A DNA stretch of 63,964 nucleotides, filler included, from Acidimicrobiia bacterium (GCA_046759765.1; 3 parts of 3 records of this genome joined end to end with filler, not necessarily neighbours in it); one strand, 5' to 3'; shown: positions 1-10,046, counted from the whole stretch's first letter. The notes: generated by a model not told the origin, from the letters alone. Program-made: numbers and translations.

Positions 1-1145
1 CGAAGCAGTGAGGCGGCACCGACCAGGATCCCAGTTTCAATCGATGCTTCGTCGACGTCGAAGTTAGAGGCGTGGAGTGCCCGTCGTTCGGTCAGCGCGG
101 CTCCAAGTCGGACCATGGCGCCTTCCGCATGATCCAGGAACCGGGCGAAGTCCTCGGCTCCGAGGCTCGGCTCGGTGTCCGAGACGGCCTCACCACCGAG
201 GGCCTCGACGACTGCGAACTCGACTTCGGCGATGACCTTGGCTGAGTTGATGACGGGCGGGATCCCGCGCTGGTAGTGAACGACGGCTTTCGCTCCGGTC
301 GGCGCAACCACGTCGTTGGCCAGCTGGTCGACCAGACCCGGCAGCTCCTCCCACAGCTTCCGATCGAGCGCACGCGCGGTTCCAGAAAGCTCGACTCGCG
401 CCGGGATCACATTGTCGGCTGTTCCTCCGTGCACTTGGCCGAAAGCGACCGCCATCGGTCGGCGGGAGTCGACCAGACGCTGGAGAAGCGCAGGAACCTG
501 GGTCGCGACGAGCGAAGCCGCGTAGATCGTGTCTACGGTCTCGTGTGGGCGGCCCGTGTGCCCGCCGGGGCCTTCCACGGTGATCTCGAATCGGTCCGAC
601 GAGCTCGTGATTGCGCCGGTTCGCAATCCAATTCGCCCGGCCTCGAGGCTCGGGTCAACGTGGAAGGCAAGAATCGCCCCGACACCTTCCATAGCCCCCT
701 CGGACACCATGTCGGAGGCGCCGCCGTGAGTTCCCTCCTCGGCATGTTGAAAGATGAAGCGGACTGAGCCATCAATTCCCAGTCTGTTCAAAGCGAGCGC
801 TATGCCGACGCCGATGGCGGCGTGGACATCGTGTCCGCAGGCGTGCATTCGTCCCGCGACCGCGGAGGCGTAGGTAACCTCGTTCGCTTCGTGGATGGGC
901 AGACCGTCCAGGTCGGCTCGGAACGCCACGATGGTGTCTCCGCCTCCGATGTCGGCGAGCACACCAACACCGGCTTCGCGGATTCGAGCTGGAATCCCAG
1001 CTTCGTTGAGGGTGTCGGCCACCAGTCTCGACGTGGCGTATTCCTTGTTACTGAGTTCGGGACGGCGGTGGAGAGCGCGGCGAAGCTCGACACACGCGGG
1101 CGCGACGCCCGCCACCACGCGTCGAAGCTCTTCTGTGCTGGGCAT
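1..1145 (-). CDS. M20D family amidohydrolase (3' end runs off window)
   Basis: Not in ORF track (no stop in window). Manual translation from ATG 1145: MPSTEELRR..LHRRPELS..FRADLDGLPI..MHACGHDVH..FQHAEE..GAEDF, typical M20 motifs. Confidence 0.9.
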   Translation of the reverse strand, partial: MPSTEELRRVVAGVAPACVELRRALHRRPELSNKEYATSRLVADTLNEAGIPARIREAGVGVLADIGGGDTIVAFRADLDGLPIHEANEVTYASAVAGRMHACGHDVHAAIGVGIALALNRLGIDGSVRFIFQHAEEGTHGGASDMVSEGAMEGVGAILAFHVDPSLEAGRIGLRTGAITSSSDRFEITVEGPGGHTGRPHETVDTIYAASLVATQVPALLQRLVDSRRPMAVAFGQVHGGTADNVIPARVELSGTARALDRKLWEELPGLVDQLANDVVAPTGAKAVVHYQRGIPPVINSAKVIAEVEFAVVEALGGEAVSDTEPSLGAEDFARFLDHAEGAMVRLGAALTERRALHASNFDVDEASIETGILVGAASLL

Positions 1146-1210
1146 TCTCACCGTCCGACTGGACCGCGCTCGATGCTAACGGACGGGCCTACTACGTAGG
1201 ATCGGAGACG

Positions 1211-1972
1211 ATGCGATTGCCAGGTAAGACGGCACTCATCACCGGAGGAAACTCCGGCATAGGGGAAGCAACCGCACGGCTGTTTGCGGAAGAGGGCGCA
1301 TCCGTGGCATTGGCCGCAAGAGACGCGGACAAGACGGCCAGAGTTGCCGCAGAGATCGAAGCCGGCGGAGGCCGGGCCCTTCCGGTTCGTTGTGACGTCC
1401 GCTTAGTTTCCGACTGCGAAACGGCGATTACCGAAACGGTGGCCGAGCTCGGCGGGCTCGACATTCTCTTCAACAACGCCGGGGTCATCTTCCGGGAGAA
1501 AAGCGCGCCCGAGACCTCGGTGGAGGAGTGGGACGAGACCATGGCCATCAATGCTCGAGGAACCTTCTTGATGTCCAAGTACGCCGTGCCATACCTGGCC
1601 GCGTCGCGCGGCGTGATTATCAACAATGCCTCCTACTTCGGTCTGGTCGGCGGACGCGGTACGGCCGCTTACAGCGCCTCCAAGGGAGCCGTCGTGGCCT
1701 TGACCAAGGCCATGGCGCTCGACCACGCCGCAGCCGGTATCAGGGTCAACTGCATCTGCCCCGGCAGCGTCGACACGCCGATGCTGCGGCAGGAGATCGA
1801 GGAGATGGGAGGCGAAGCGAACGTGCGGTCCCAGTTCGAGTCCAAACATCCGATCGGACGGATATCGACGCCCGACGAGGTGGCCCGCGCGGTGCTGTTT
1901 CTGGCGTCAGATGATGCCTCATTCATCACCGGCGCCGCAATCCCGGTCGACGGGGGAATCACGGCCCAGTGA
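1211..1972 (+). CDS. SDR family oxidoreductase
   Basis: TGGNSGIG, NNAG, YSASK, GIRVNCICPG. Confidence 0.95.
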   Translation: MRLPGKTALITGGNSGIGEATARLFAEEGASVALAARDADKTARVAAEIEAGGGRALPVRCDVRLVSDCETAITETVAELGGLDILFNNAGVIFREKSAPETSVEEWDETMAINARGTFLMSKYAVPYLAASRGVIINNASYFGLVGGRGTAAYSASKGAVVALTKAMALDHAAAGIRVNCICPGSVDTPMLRQEIEEMGGEANVRSQFESKHPIGRISTPDEVARAVLFLASDDASFITGAAIPVDGGITAQ

Positions 1973-1979
1973 GCCGTTT

Positions 1980-2013
1980 CCCCCTCCCCTCAGGAGGGGG
2001 TTAAGGGGGAGGG
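1980..2013. terminator. C/G-rich hairpin between convergent SDR genes
   Basis: CCCCCTCC-cctca-GGAGGGGG followed by a second GGGGGAGGG arm. Confidence 0.5.
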
Positions 2014-2020
2014 TTCGCCG

Positions 2021-2770
2021 CTACTGCGCGGTGTAGCCACCGTCCACCGTCACCAGAGCTCCGGTCATGTAGGAGGCGTCGTCGGAGGCGAGAAAAGCAA
2101 CCACCCTTGCTACTTCCTCCGGCTCCGCCAACCGCTTCAGAGGGATGGTCTCGTCGGCCAGTTGCTGCAGGTCGTCCGCCGTCAGCGGCCGGGACCTCTC
2201 CGCGACGAGCATGGGAGTATTCACCTCTCCCGGGCACACCGCGACGACGCGAATGCCGTCGGTGGCATGATCGAGAGCCATTGCCTTCGTTAGCTGATGA
2301 ACAGCTCCCTTCGTCACGCAATAGGCGGCATGTCCGGCCATCGCTACCGAACCCCATATCGAGCCGAAATTGACGATCACGCCGCTGCCTTGGTCTCTCA
2401 TCTGCCGGACGGCGGCCCGGCTTAGATAAAAGACGCCGTCTACGTTGACAGCCATTGCGCGGCGCCACTGCTCATCGGTGGTGTCCGCCGCGGACGCACG
2501 GACAATGATCCCCGCGCAGTTGACGAGCACGTCCACGCGTCCGTGTCTCCTTACGGTCGTCGCCACGGCCTCCTCGCAGAACGCGGGACCGGCGACGTCG
2601 CCGATAAGGGGAGAGCCCGCGTCGAGCTCTCCGGCGATGTCGTCCGCGCCCTCAGCATTGATGTCGAGCAGGACCAGCTGTGCTTTCCTGCGACGAAAGA
2701 GCCGCGCGGTGGCCGCGCCGATACCTGAGGCCGCCCCTGTGATGAGGGCGACCTTGCCCTCCAAAGTCAT
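2021..2770 (-). CDS. SDR family oxidoreductase
   Basis: MTLEGKVALITGAASGIG, NCAG, YCVTK; start moved to ATG 2770. Confidence 0.93.
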   Translation of the reverse strand: MTLEGKVALITGAASGIGAATARLFRRRKAQLVLLDINAEGADDIAGELDAGSPLIGDVAGPAFCEEAVATTVRRHGRVDVLVNCAGIIVRASAADTTDEQWRRAMAVNVDGVFYLSRAAVRQMRDQGSGVIVNFGSIWGSVAMAGHAAYCVTKGAVHQLTKAMALDHATDGIRVVAVCPGEVNTPMLVAERSRPLTADDLQQLADETIPLKRLAEPEEVARVVAFLASDDASYMTGALVTVDGGYTAQ

Positions 2771-2789
2771 CCGCAGCGAGGTTAGAGCT

Positions 2790-3410
2790 CTAGCTCGAGT
2801 CGAGGACGGTGAAGCCGGATGGAGCCGGGTTTCCATCCAGCGGTTCGAGCGTCACCCAGAGCCTCGGAACTTGAGACCGGGGAACACCCGACCATAGAAC
2901 GACATCCTCACCGCTGCGGAAGCTTCCGGCCGAGACGATCCTGTCCGGCGCTGACAGCCACAACTCGTAATAAAAGCCGTCCGGAGCTGCAGGGAGAGCA
3001 ACGGCCTCGAGCTCGATGCGGCTTCCGCCGTCGGTGTCCCAGCCCGAAACGGTCGCAAACGCACCGGGAGCCCCGCCTGTTCCAGCCATGACGACTTCCC
3101 AGTCTGGACGCCCGGCGGTCAGCGCCAACGTAGTGACGGCGGCGGTGGCCGCGATGAGAGCAACCGCGGCTGCCGTCCACATCCACCAGCGGCTCCGTGT
3201 GCTCCGTTCGGGGTGGCCGGCTATCTCGTCGACGATGAGGGTCTCCATCCGTTGGTTCGGCTCCTCCCAGATCTCCGGCTCAGACAGCACAGAACGGATC
3301 TGATCCAGCCGCGGCAGCTCAGCCCGGCAATCGGTGCAGTGTCCGAGATGGGCACGTACTGCCCTGTCGTCACCGGCGAGGTATTGAGCTTGGAACTCTT
3401 CGCAATTCAT
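2790..3410 (-). CDS. Zinc-binding transmembrane anti-sigma factor (RskA-like)
   Basis: HLGHCTDC ZAS motif, one TM helix, C-terminal YYELWL..SAGSF; 4-bp overlap with the ECF sigma gene. Confidence 0.85.
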   Translation of the reverse strand: MNCEEFQAQYLAGDDRAVRAHLGHCTDCRAELPRLDQIRSVLSEPEIWEEPNQRMETLIVDEIAGHPERSTRSRWWMWTAAAVALIAATAAVTTLALTAGRPDWEVVMAGTGGAPGAFATVSGWDTDGGSRIELEAVALPAAPDGFYYELWLSAPDRIVSAGSFRSGEDVVLWSGVPRSQVPRLWVTLEPLDGNPAPSGFTVLDSS

Positions 3411-3964
3411 GCGGTTGCCTCTCTCGTGTGGGCCAGAAGGTCGGCGAGCTTCTGGTAGGCGCGGTGTGATCGCGACTTGACCGTGCCGACTGGAATGCCG
3501 AGGTGTTCTGCGGCCTGGGCGTGAGTTAGTCCCAGATAGTGAGTAGCTCGGACGACCTCGCGCTCGTCAGGGGGGAGACGGTCCAGCGCCACTCTCACTT
3601 CCCAGACCTCCCAAGTGTGCTCGAAGGTGGTTGGGAGCGCGACAATCTCCGGCTCGTCCTCCATCGGGTCGGCCCGGTGCTTTCGCTCCCGGCGGTAGAC
3701 GTCGACGGCTACCCGTCGGGCGATGGCATATAGCCATGGGTCCAAGGGGCGGTCGGCGTCGAAACGAGAGGCGGCTCGCCAAGCCTGGAGGAATGTCTGC
3801 TGAACGGCCTCCTCCGCCAGGCTGCGGTCGCCGAGGGATCTCAGTGCCAATGCAAAGATGGCGCGGCCATATTGGGCGTACAACTCTCGAACTGCGTCAG
3901 GGTCTCCGGCGCGAAAGCGGCGCGCCAGACGTTGGGAACGAGTGCGGTCTGACCGAGTACTCAA
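3407..3964 (-). CDS. ECF RNA polymerase sigma factor
   Basis: AEEAVQQTFLQAW (region 2), LGIPVGTVKSR (region 4); TTG start at 3964 inferred. Confidence 0.9.
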   Translation of the reverse strand: MSTRSDRTRSQRLARRFRAGDPDAVRELYAQYGRAIFALALRSLGDRSLAEEAVQQTFLQAWRAASRFDADRPLDPWLYAIARRVAVDVYRRERKHRADPMEDEPEIVALPTTFEHTWEVWEVRVALDRLPPDEREVVRATHYLGLTHAQAAEHLGIPVGTVKSRSHRAYQKLADLLAHTREATA

Positions 3965-3975
3965 CTGTATGAGGA

Positions 3976-4001
3976 TACGGGGAGCCGGCTCGGGCGGTTC
4001 C
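3976..4001 (-). promoter_or_regulatory. Putative ECF-dependent (autoregulatory) promoter
   Basis: GGAACC-N16-CGTA on the minus strand just upstream of the sigma gene. Confidence 0.55.
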
Positions 4002-4040
4002 ACCGGGGTCGATGCGACGCTCCTCGATACACTCGAATGG

Positions 4041-5750
4041 ATGCGATATTTCAGGATTGCAGGTGGGCAGATCAACCCGACCGTGGGAGATCTCGACGGC
4101 AACGTCGAGCTCATCTCCGGGGCGATGCGGTGGGCGGACAACGCCAACGCGGATCTTCTGTTGCTTCCGGAGTTGGCCGTGTGCGGATATCCGCCCGAAG
4201 ATCTCGTTCTGCGCGAGAGCTTTGTCGCTGACAATCGGTCGGCTGTTGAGGAGCTTGCGCGTCACTCCGGCTTCACCGTCACGGTCGTCGGCTTTGTCGA
4301 TCGCGCCTCAGGTTCGCCAAGGGGTGCTGTGGATGCGGTCGATCGCCACGTAGCCAACGCCGCGGCAATCCTCTGCGAGGGCGAGATTCGGGGCATCTAC
4401 CACAAGGTGCTGCTTCCTAACTATGGGGTGTTCGATGAGGACCGCTACTTCGTTCCCGGCAACGAGCCCGGCGCGGTTTGGAGTATTGGCGGAGTGGTGG
4501 TCGGGATCTCCATCTGCGAGGACATTTGGGTCCCGAAGGGCCCGCCCGCCGAGCAGACGGAGGCAGGCGCCGAGCTATTAGTCAACATCAACGCCTCGCC
4601 TTATCACGTCGACAAGATGAGACAACGCCTCGGGCACCTACGTAACCACGCCCTCGGCGGAGATGTTCCGGTCGTCTATTTGAACCAGTTCGGCGGCCAG
4701 GACGAACTGGTCTTCGATGGTTCGAGCGTCGCGCTGGATCGGAAAGGTGAGGTTGTCTTCCGAGCGCCCGCATTCGAGGACAGCCGCTTCCTTCTCGATG
4801 TCGAGATCGCTGATAGGCCGGGCGAGCACGCGGCTCGCCTCGTTAGGAAGGAGTCGCAGGACGAACGTGCTCCCTTGCCGGAGCCCGCCACGGAACCTGA
4901 CCTGGAATCGGAGGAGGAGATCTATCGAGCTTTGGTGACGGGTCTTAGGGATTACGTTCGCAAGAACGGCTTTGAACGAGTGATCGTCGCCGTCTCAGGT
5001 GGCATCGACTCCGCCCTCACCGCCACCGTGGCGACCGATGCGCTCGGACCGGAGGCCGTTTGGGGACTCTCGATGCCTTCACGCTTCAGTTCCGAAGGCT
5101 CGGTGTCGGACGCCAAGGAGCTGGCGGCACGGCTGGGCATCCAGCTCGACATTCTTCCCATCGAGGGCATCCACTCTGCATTGGGGGCGGCGCTCCAGCC
5201 CGTGTTCGAGGACACGGAGGTCGGTGTCGCGGAGGAGAACCTGCAGGCACGGATCCGAGGCGGCCTGCTGATGGCCATCTCGAACAAATTCGGAGCGCTT
5301 GTCGTGGCCACAGGCAACAAGTCGGAGATGGCGGTCGGCTACGCCACTCTCTACGGAGACATGGTGGGCGGCTTTGCGGTTCTTAAGGACGTGCTGAAGA
5401 CGACTGTGTATCGCCTCGCCGAGTGGCGAAACCGGCAGGAGGAGGTCATACCGGAGGCCATTCTCACCAAGCCCCCCTCCGCGGAGCTGAGACCCGATCA
5501 ACTCGACACGGACACCCTGCCGCCGTATGACCTGCTCGACGAGATCCTGGTGCGATATGTCGAGCGTGACCTCTCAGTGGACGACATCGTTGCGGACGGC
5601 TTCGATCGCGAGACCGTCGAGCGGGTAGCCGAGATGGTCGACCGCAACGAGTACAAGCGCCGCCAAGCCCCGCCCGGCGTAAAGATCACGGAGAAGGCCT
5701 TCGGCAAGGACCGCCGGCTTCCGATCACAAACCACTACGGCCAGAGGTAA
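4041..5750 (+). CDS. nadE: Glutamine-dependent NAD+ synthetase
   Basis: Nitrilase domain (PELAVCGYPPED, ICED) plus SGGIDS, ENLQARIR, TGNKSE, KPPSAEL, EYKRRQ. Confidence 0.97.
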   Translation: MRYFRIAGGQINPTVGDLDGNVELISGAMRWADNANADLLLLPELAVCGYPPEDLVLRESFVADNRSAVEELARHSGFTVTVVGFVDRASGSPRGAVDAVDRHVANAAAILCEGEIRGIYHKVLLPNYGVFDEDRYFVPGNEPGAVWSIGGVVVGISICEDIWVPKGPPAEQTEAGAELLVNINASPYHVDKMRQRLGHLRNHALGGDVPVVYLNQFGGQDELVFDGSSVALDRKGEVVFRAPAFEDSRFLLDVEIADRPGEHAARLVRKESQDERAPLPEPATEPDLESEEEIYRALVTGLRDYVRKNGFERVIVAVSGGIDSALTATVATDALGPEAVWGLSMPSRFSSEGSVSDAKELAARLGIQLDILPIEGIHSALGAALQPVFEDTEVGVAEENLQARIRGGLLMAISNKFGALVVATGNKSEMAVGYATLYGDMVGGFAVLKDVLKTTVYRLAEWRNRQEEVIPEAILTKPPSAELRPDQLDTDTLPPYDLLDEILVRYVERDLSVDDIVADGFDRETVERVAEMVDRNEYKRRQAPPGVKITEKAFGKDRRLPITNHYGQR

Positions 5751-5762
5751 GTGGAGTCCTTC

Positions 5763-5811
5763 GTTCTTGTGTCGTTTGAGCACCGTAGAGGTAGTTGAGC
5801 GTCACGAGAAC
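5763..5811. repeat. 49-bp palindromic REP-like element, subfamily A
   Basis: GTTCTTGTGTCG..CGTCACGAGAAC; near-identical to copies at 24421, 24481, 37694, 37754. Confidence 0.9.
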
Positions 5812-5847
5812 GAATTGAACAGACCGGCCAGGGCTAGCCTTTTCACC

Positions 5848-6660
5848 GTGCCGGTTCTCATCGACGGCGTCCCTACTTCGGATCCGACCATCTCGGTTGT
5901 GGATCTGGCCGTTCTGCGCGGCTACGGGTGCTTCGAGGTGCTCCGTTCCTACGACGGGCGGCCTTTTCGGGTCGGCGACCATGTCGAGCGCATGGCCCGT
6001 AGTGCGGCGCTTCTGGATCTGGCGATGCCCGACCGCGGCAGCGTCGAGGAGTGGATCAACGAGGTGGCCAGGGAAGGGGGCGATGGCTTCGTCCGAGTGG
6101 TCCTCAGCGCAGGCGGGACCGATACCACCGCCACCCCTCCGAGGACGATCGTGATGTGGGAGCCCAGGCTGCCGGAGCCCAACGAGGTACGACTGAAAGA
6201 GGTCGTCGCCCCCTGGCACCCGGCGGGCTTCCCATGGGAACTGACCGGCGCCAAGACCTTGTCCTACGGGCCCAACCTTTCGGCCACTCGCGTTGCACAG
6301 CAGGCCGGCTTCGACGATGCGTTTCTCCTCAGCCGGGAGGGCTACCTGCTGGAGGGCCCGACCTTCACGGTTGCGTGGGTGCTCAACGGCACACTCGAGA
6401 CTCCCGAGCTCGGCCTCGGCATTCTGGAATCGGTTACCAGGCGGGTGGCTCTATCTGAGGCCCAGAGGGAGGGAATCCCCATCAGCGAGGGCCGTTTCGC
6501 CCTCGATCGCTTGGATGATGCGTCCGAGGTTATGGCCATGTCCACAACTAAGGAGATCCGCCCGGTCACTGCTGTGGGGGATCGGGCTTTCGCTGAAGGG
6601 CCCGTAACGCTCCAACTCGGGCTGGCCTTCGCCCGCCGTGTGGCCGAGGAGCTCGGCTAG
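5848..6660 (+). CDS. Aminotransferase class IV (IlvE/PabC/Dat-like)
   Basis: GYGCFEVLR, HVERM, AKTLSY, LLEGPT, LGILESVTR; GTG start after the repeat. Confidence 0.9.
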   Translation: MPVLIDGVPTSDPTISVVDLAVLRGYGCFEVLRSYDGRPFRVGDHVERMARSAALLDLAMPDRGSVEEWINEVAREGGDGFVRVVLSAGGTDTTATPPRTIVMWEPRLPEPNEVRLKEVVAPWHPAGFPWELTGAKTLSYGPNLSATRVAQQAGFDDAFLLSREGYLLEGPTFTVAWVLNGTLETPELGLGILESVTRRVALSEAQREGIPISEGRFALDRLDDASEVMAMSTTKEIRPVTAVGDRAFAEGPVTLQLGLAFARRVAEELG

Positions 6661-6663
6661 AGG

Positions 6664-6712
6664 TTTCTTGTCAATCGCAATGTCGCCTGGCGGCACTCAG
6701 ATTGACAGAAAC
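6664..6712. repeat. 49-bp palindromic REP-like element, subfamily B
   Basis: TTTCTTGTCAATC..GATTGACAGAAAC between convergent genes. Confidence 0.9.
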
Positions 6713-6721
6713 GCGTAGACC

Positions 6722-7465
6722 TCAGTTCTCTAGCTGACGACCGAGTTCCCGGGCGCCGGCGTTGGCGATCGCCAGGTGATGGTTGTGCCACCTCCGCAAC
6801 CGGCCCAGCCGCGTCGACGAGAGGCGGCCGCAGGCGTAGTCCCAGTGGAGAGCCACATCGTCCCCGGAAGAGAACTCGCTCCCCACGCCTCGCTCCACGA
6901 TCTCAGTCCGCGGGGCTCCCAGGGCAAGGTTTCGCCCATCCCAGTTCAGACGTTGCGAGCGGACCTCCATAGCTCCGTCAGAGACCGAGACGACTCGGCC
7001 CCAGCGAATTCGGCAGCGATCGAGCACGTGAAGGGCCTGGTCCGTGGCACCGGAGCGCAGAAGGCCGACCCACGGGTAAATACAGAAGACGTGGAAAGCA
7101 TGATTGGGGACGCCGCCCCGGGCAATCGCCTCCGACAGCTGCGGCCACTCCCATCCCGCTCGTCGGCGGAAGCGCTCGTCAACCGAGTTGCCCCAGGTCC
7201 CCTTGTCCATCCGGGACAGGAGGGGATGGCCGATCCAGTAGGCCTCGACAACGGTGGCGTCGAGAGGATCACGTTCGGCGATCGCTCCGATCAACTCCAG
7301 GTAAGGCCACGCGCCGGCGAACTCGCCCGCGACTCGTCGCAGGTCATCTGACGCCTCCCTGCCCGCTCGCACAAGCTCACCGAGCAACGTGCCATCCGAC
7401 GGTCCGCAGTACCCCAGCAGGTTGGGTGGGTAAGCAAAACGGGCAAATAGTTCCGGGCCTGTCAC
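6722..7465 (-). CDS. DUF6390-like hydrogenase-associated protein with HypC-like C-terminus
   Basis: FARFAYPPNLLGYCGP, VVEAYWIG, PNHAFHVF, DRCRIRWGRV, GDDVALHWD; GTG overlaps the stop of the upstream EamA gene (GTGA). Confidence 0.8.
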   Translation of the reverse strand: MTGPELFARFAYPPNLLGYCGPSDGTLLGELVRAGREASDDLRRVAGEFAGAWPYLELIGAIAERDPLDATVVEAYWIGHPLLSRMDKGTWGNSVDERFRRRAGWEWPQLSEAIARGGVPNHAFHVFCIYPWVGLLRSGATDQALHVLDRCRIRWGRVVSVSDGAMEVRSQRLNWDGRNLALGAPRTEIVERGVGSEFSSGDDVALHWDYACGRLSSTRLGRLRRWHNHHLAIANAGARELGRQLEN

Positions 7466-8373
7466 GCCGGTTGCGGCGCTCGCCGCCATTTCGACCGAAT
7501 CAGCACACTGATTCCAGCCACCAGCAGCCCAATACCCGCCAGGGAAGGCAGAGCTCCTCCGGCCGCAGTTCGCAGCAGGGCTGTGATTATGGCTCCACCC
7601 ACCAACACAGCGGTGACGTCGACTGCCGGCGCTCGCGCCAGTGCAGCGAACCAAGTACCGACGTAACCCGCCAGGAAAACGCCTGTGACGAGAACCCAAG
7701 CTACGTGCTCGATCGTTACGCCGGACAGCTCGGCAAACGCTCCCCGGGCGAGCCCGTAGGCGACCAAGAGGGCCACGCCGCCGGCCATCCGGGCGACGCC
7801 GACCGTGAACGATGACACGTCCGCGAGTAGTCGCTTGGCCAGCACGACCTCGGCGGCCCAGAGCAAAGTAGCGACCAGGATCATCAACTCACCGCGACCA
7901 AATGCGAGGTCACCGATGCCACCGACGAGCGCCACCTGTCCGATCAGCAGTAGCCCGATGGCGGCCATATGAGGTAAGCCAATCCGCTCGCGAAGCAGTG
8001 CCACGGCGAGGATGGCGACCCAAATGACCAGGGTCTTGTGGATGAAGGCGGCCTGCACTGAAGAGGCAAGGGCCAGGCCTTCGAAGAAAAGCACGAAGGC
8101 CACGCTTCCGCCGACAACCGCCACTGCACCCAGCCCGAGCCGAGTCACCCTTCCAGTCGGGGCGACGGGACGGAAGGTCGAGGGAGACCTGCTCGCTGCT
8201 CCCAACGCGCCGATCAGGATTACTGCTGCCACAAGGTTTTTCAGCGTCGTATACGTCGTCGGGTCCGAAAACTGTGACCAGGCGCGCACGCCGTAGCCGT
8301 TGACGAAGACCGCGAAACCGCTGATCAGCGCGGTACCCAGTGCAAGCAGGAGGCCTTTCCGGTGCACGCTCAT
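7462..8373 (-). CDS. EamA/DMT family transporter
   Basis: About 10 hydrophobic segments, LLRERIG motif. Confidence 0.85.
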   Translation of the reverse strand: MSVHRKGLLLALGTALISGFAVFVNGYGVRAWSQFSDPTTYTTLKNLVAAVILIGALGAASRSPSTFRPVAPTGRVTRLGLGAVAVVGGSVAFVLFFEGLALASSVQAAFIHKTLVIWVAILAVALLRERIGLPHMAAIGLLLIGQVALVGGIGDLAFGRGELMILVATLLWAAEVVLAKRLLADVSSFTVGVARMAGGVALLVAYGLARGAFAELSGVTIEHVAWVLVTGVFLAGYVGTWFAALARAPAVDVTAVLVGGAIITALLRTAAGGALPSLAGIGLLVAGISVLIRSKWRRAPQPA

Positions 8374-8430
8374 CGCCAGGCAGCGTACGCCGATCCCACC
8401 GACCCGTGACGAGTCCAACGTCGGAAAAGC

Positions 8431-8474
8431 ACGGTCGATCGTCCCTGACCTCACCGAGCCGGCGGAACTATCGT
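8431..8474 (+). promoter_or_regulatory. DosR/OsdR-like box + -10 of hydrogenase operon (leaderless)
   Basis: ACGGTCGATCGTCCCT (13/16 to AGGGCCGATCGGCCCT), 22 nt, TATCGT, 7 nt, GTG start. Confidence 0.7.
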
Positions 8475-8481
8475 CACGCGC

Positions 8482-9594
8482 GTGGAGGCGCGCGCCCTCG
8501 ACCGATCCGAGTTCGGCCAGCTCTTCTCCGCCCTATCGGGAGCCGGCTACAGCATCGTTGGGCCCAGGGTTGCGGAGGGAGCAATCGTCTACGACGAGTT
8601 GAGCTCTGTCGCCGATCTGCCGATCGGCTGGACGGATGAACAGGAGGCCGGCACATACCGGCTGGTCGAACGCGGCGACCAAGCGCTGTTCGGCTACGCG
8701 GTTGGACCCCACTCCTGGAAGAAGTACCTCTTCCCGCCGAAGGTGACCCTCTGGAGAGCCGAACGAGAGAACGGGTCGTTGAAGTTCGTCGAGGGAGATC
8801 CTCCTCGGCGGCGCCTTGCCTTCCTCGGTGTGAGAGCTTGCGAGCTTGCGGCGCTCGACATTCAGGACAAGGTTTTTCTCGGCTCGGGCGCCCAGGATCC
8901 CACTTACGGGACTCAGCGAGGTAACGCCTTCGTGATAGCTGTCAACTGCGCGGTGGCCGGCGGTACTTGCTTCTGCGTGTCGATGGAAACCGGGCCGGCG
9001 TGTGAGGATGGCTACGACCTTGTCGTCACCGAGATCATCGACGACGAGCGGCACGACTTCCTCATCGATGCTGGAACCGAGGCCGGAGAGCAGATTCTCG
9101 GAGAGCTCGGCGGGAGTCCCGCCACCGAGAGCGACGCAGCTCGCGTGGACCAGATCCTGGCCCACACGGCTTCATCGATGGGAAGGGCCATGGATACCGA
9201 GGGCATCTACAGCGTCCTCATGGACAATCTCGAGCACCCGCAGTGGGACGACGTCGCCGAACGCTGCCTGGCCTGCACGAACTGCACGCTCGTATGCCCG
9301 ACCTGTTTCTGCTCGACGACGGAAGACGTTGCGAATCTCGCGGGCGAAGCCGCGGAACGATCTCGACGCTGGGACTCGTGCTTCACGCTCGATTTCTCCG
9401 GCCTCCATCAAACCCCCGTGCGGCCCTCGATCCGCTCCCGCTACCGCCAATGGCTGACCCACAAACTGGCCACGTGGTATGACCAGTTCGGTTCGTCAGG
9501 GTGCGTCGGATGCGGCCGCTGCATCACCTGGTGTCCGGTCGGAATCGACCTGACTGCCGAAGTCGTGGCCTTGCGGGAGGAGGTGCCGGCATGA
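8482..9594 (+). CDS. hyhB: Group 3b [NiFe]-hydrogenase (sulfhydrogenase) beta subunit, 4Fe-4S
   Basis: [44 protein letters not shown]. Confidence 0.92.
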   Translation: MEARALDRSEFGQLFSALSGAGYSIVGPRVAEGAIVYDELSSVADLPIGWTDEQEAGTYRLVERGDQALFGYAVGPHSWKKYLFPPKVTLWRAERENGSLKFVEGDPPRRRLAFLGVRACELAALDIQDKVFLGSGAQDPTYGTQRGNAFVIAVNCAVAGGTCFCVSMETGPACEDGYDLVVTEIIDDERHDFLIDAGTEAGEQILGELGGSPATESDAARVDQILAHTASSMGRAMDTEGIYSVLMDNLEHPQWDDVAERCLACTNCTLVCPTCFCSTTEDVANLAGEAAERSRRWDSCFTLDFSGLHQTPVRPSIRSRYRQWLTHKLATWYDQFGSSGCVGCGRCITWCPVGIDLTAEVVALREEVPA

Positions 9595-10046
9595 ATCTCG
9601 AGCCAATACGCGAGAAGAGCAACCTCCTGGCCCATCTACCCGGGCCTGAGATGCGCTTCTTCGAATCCGTAGCCACAGAAGCGACCTTCGAGGCGGACGC
9701 TGTCCTCTTCGACGAAGGGTCGGCCGCCGACATGTTCTACATAATCGGGGTCGGCAGGGTCGCCCTTGAGATCGCGAGCCCCGGCAAGGCTCCGATCGTC
9801 GTCCAGACGCTAAGCGACGGCGAGCTGGTCGGGATATCGTGGCTGCTCCCGCCCTACCGGTGGCAGTGGAGGGCGCGGGCTCTCATTGGTACGGACGCAG
9901 TTGCTTTCGACGCCGCCGCCGTTCGGAAGGAATGCGAACTCGACAAGGAGCTGAGCCTTCGAGTGCATCAGGCCGTCGCCGCCGAAGCCGCCCGGCGGCT
10001 CCATCACACGCGACTCCAGCTGCTCGATCTCTACGAGAAGGTGTAG
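9591..10046 (+). CDS. Stand-alone cyclic-nucleotide-binding-fold protein
   Basis: [22 protein letters not shown]; no HTH; ATGA overlap with hyhB. Confidence 0.85.
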   Translation: MNLEPIREKSNLLAHLPGPEMRFFESVATEATFEADAVLFDEGSAADMFYIIGVGRVALEIASPGKAPIVVQTLSDGELVGISWLLPPYRWQWRARALIGTDAVAFDAAAVRKECELDKELSLRVHQAVAAEAARRLHHTRLQLLDLYEKV

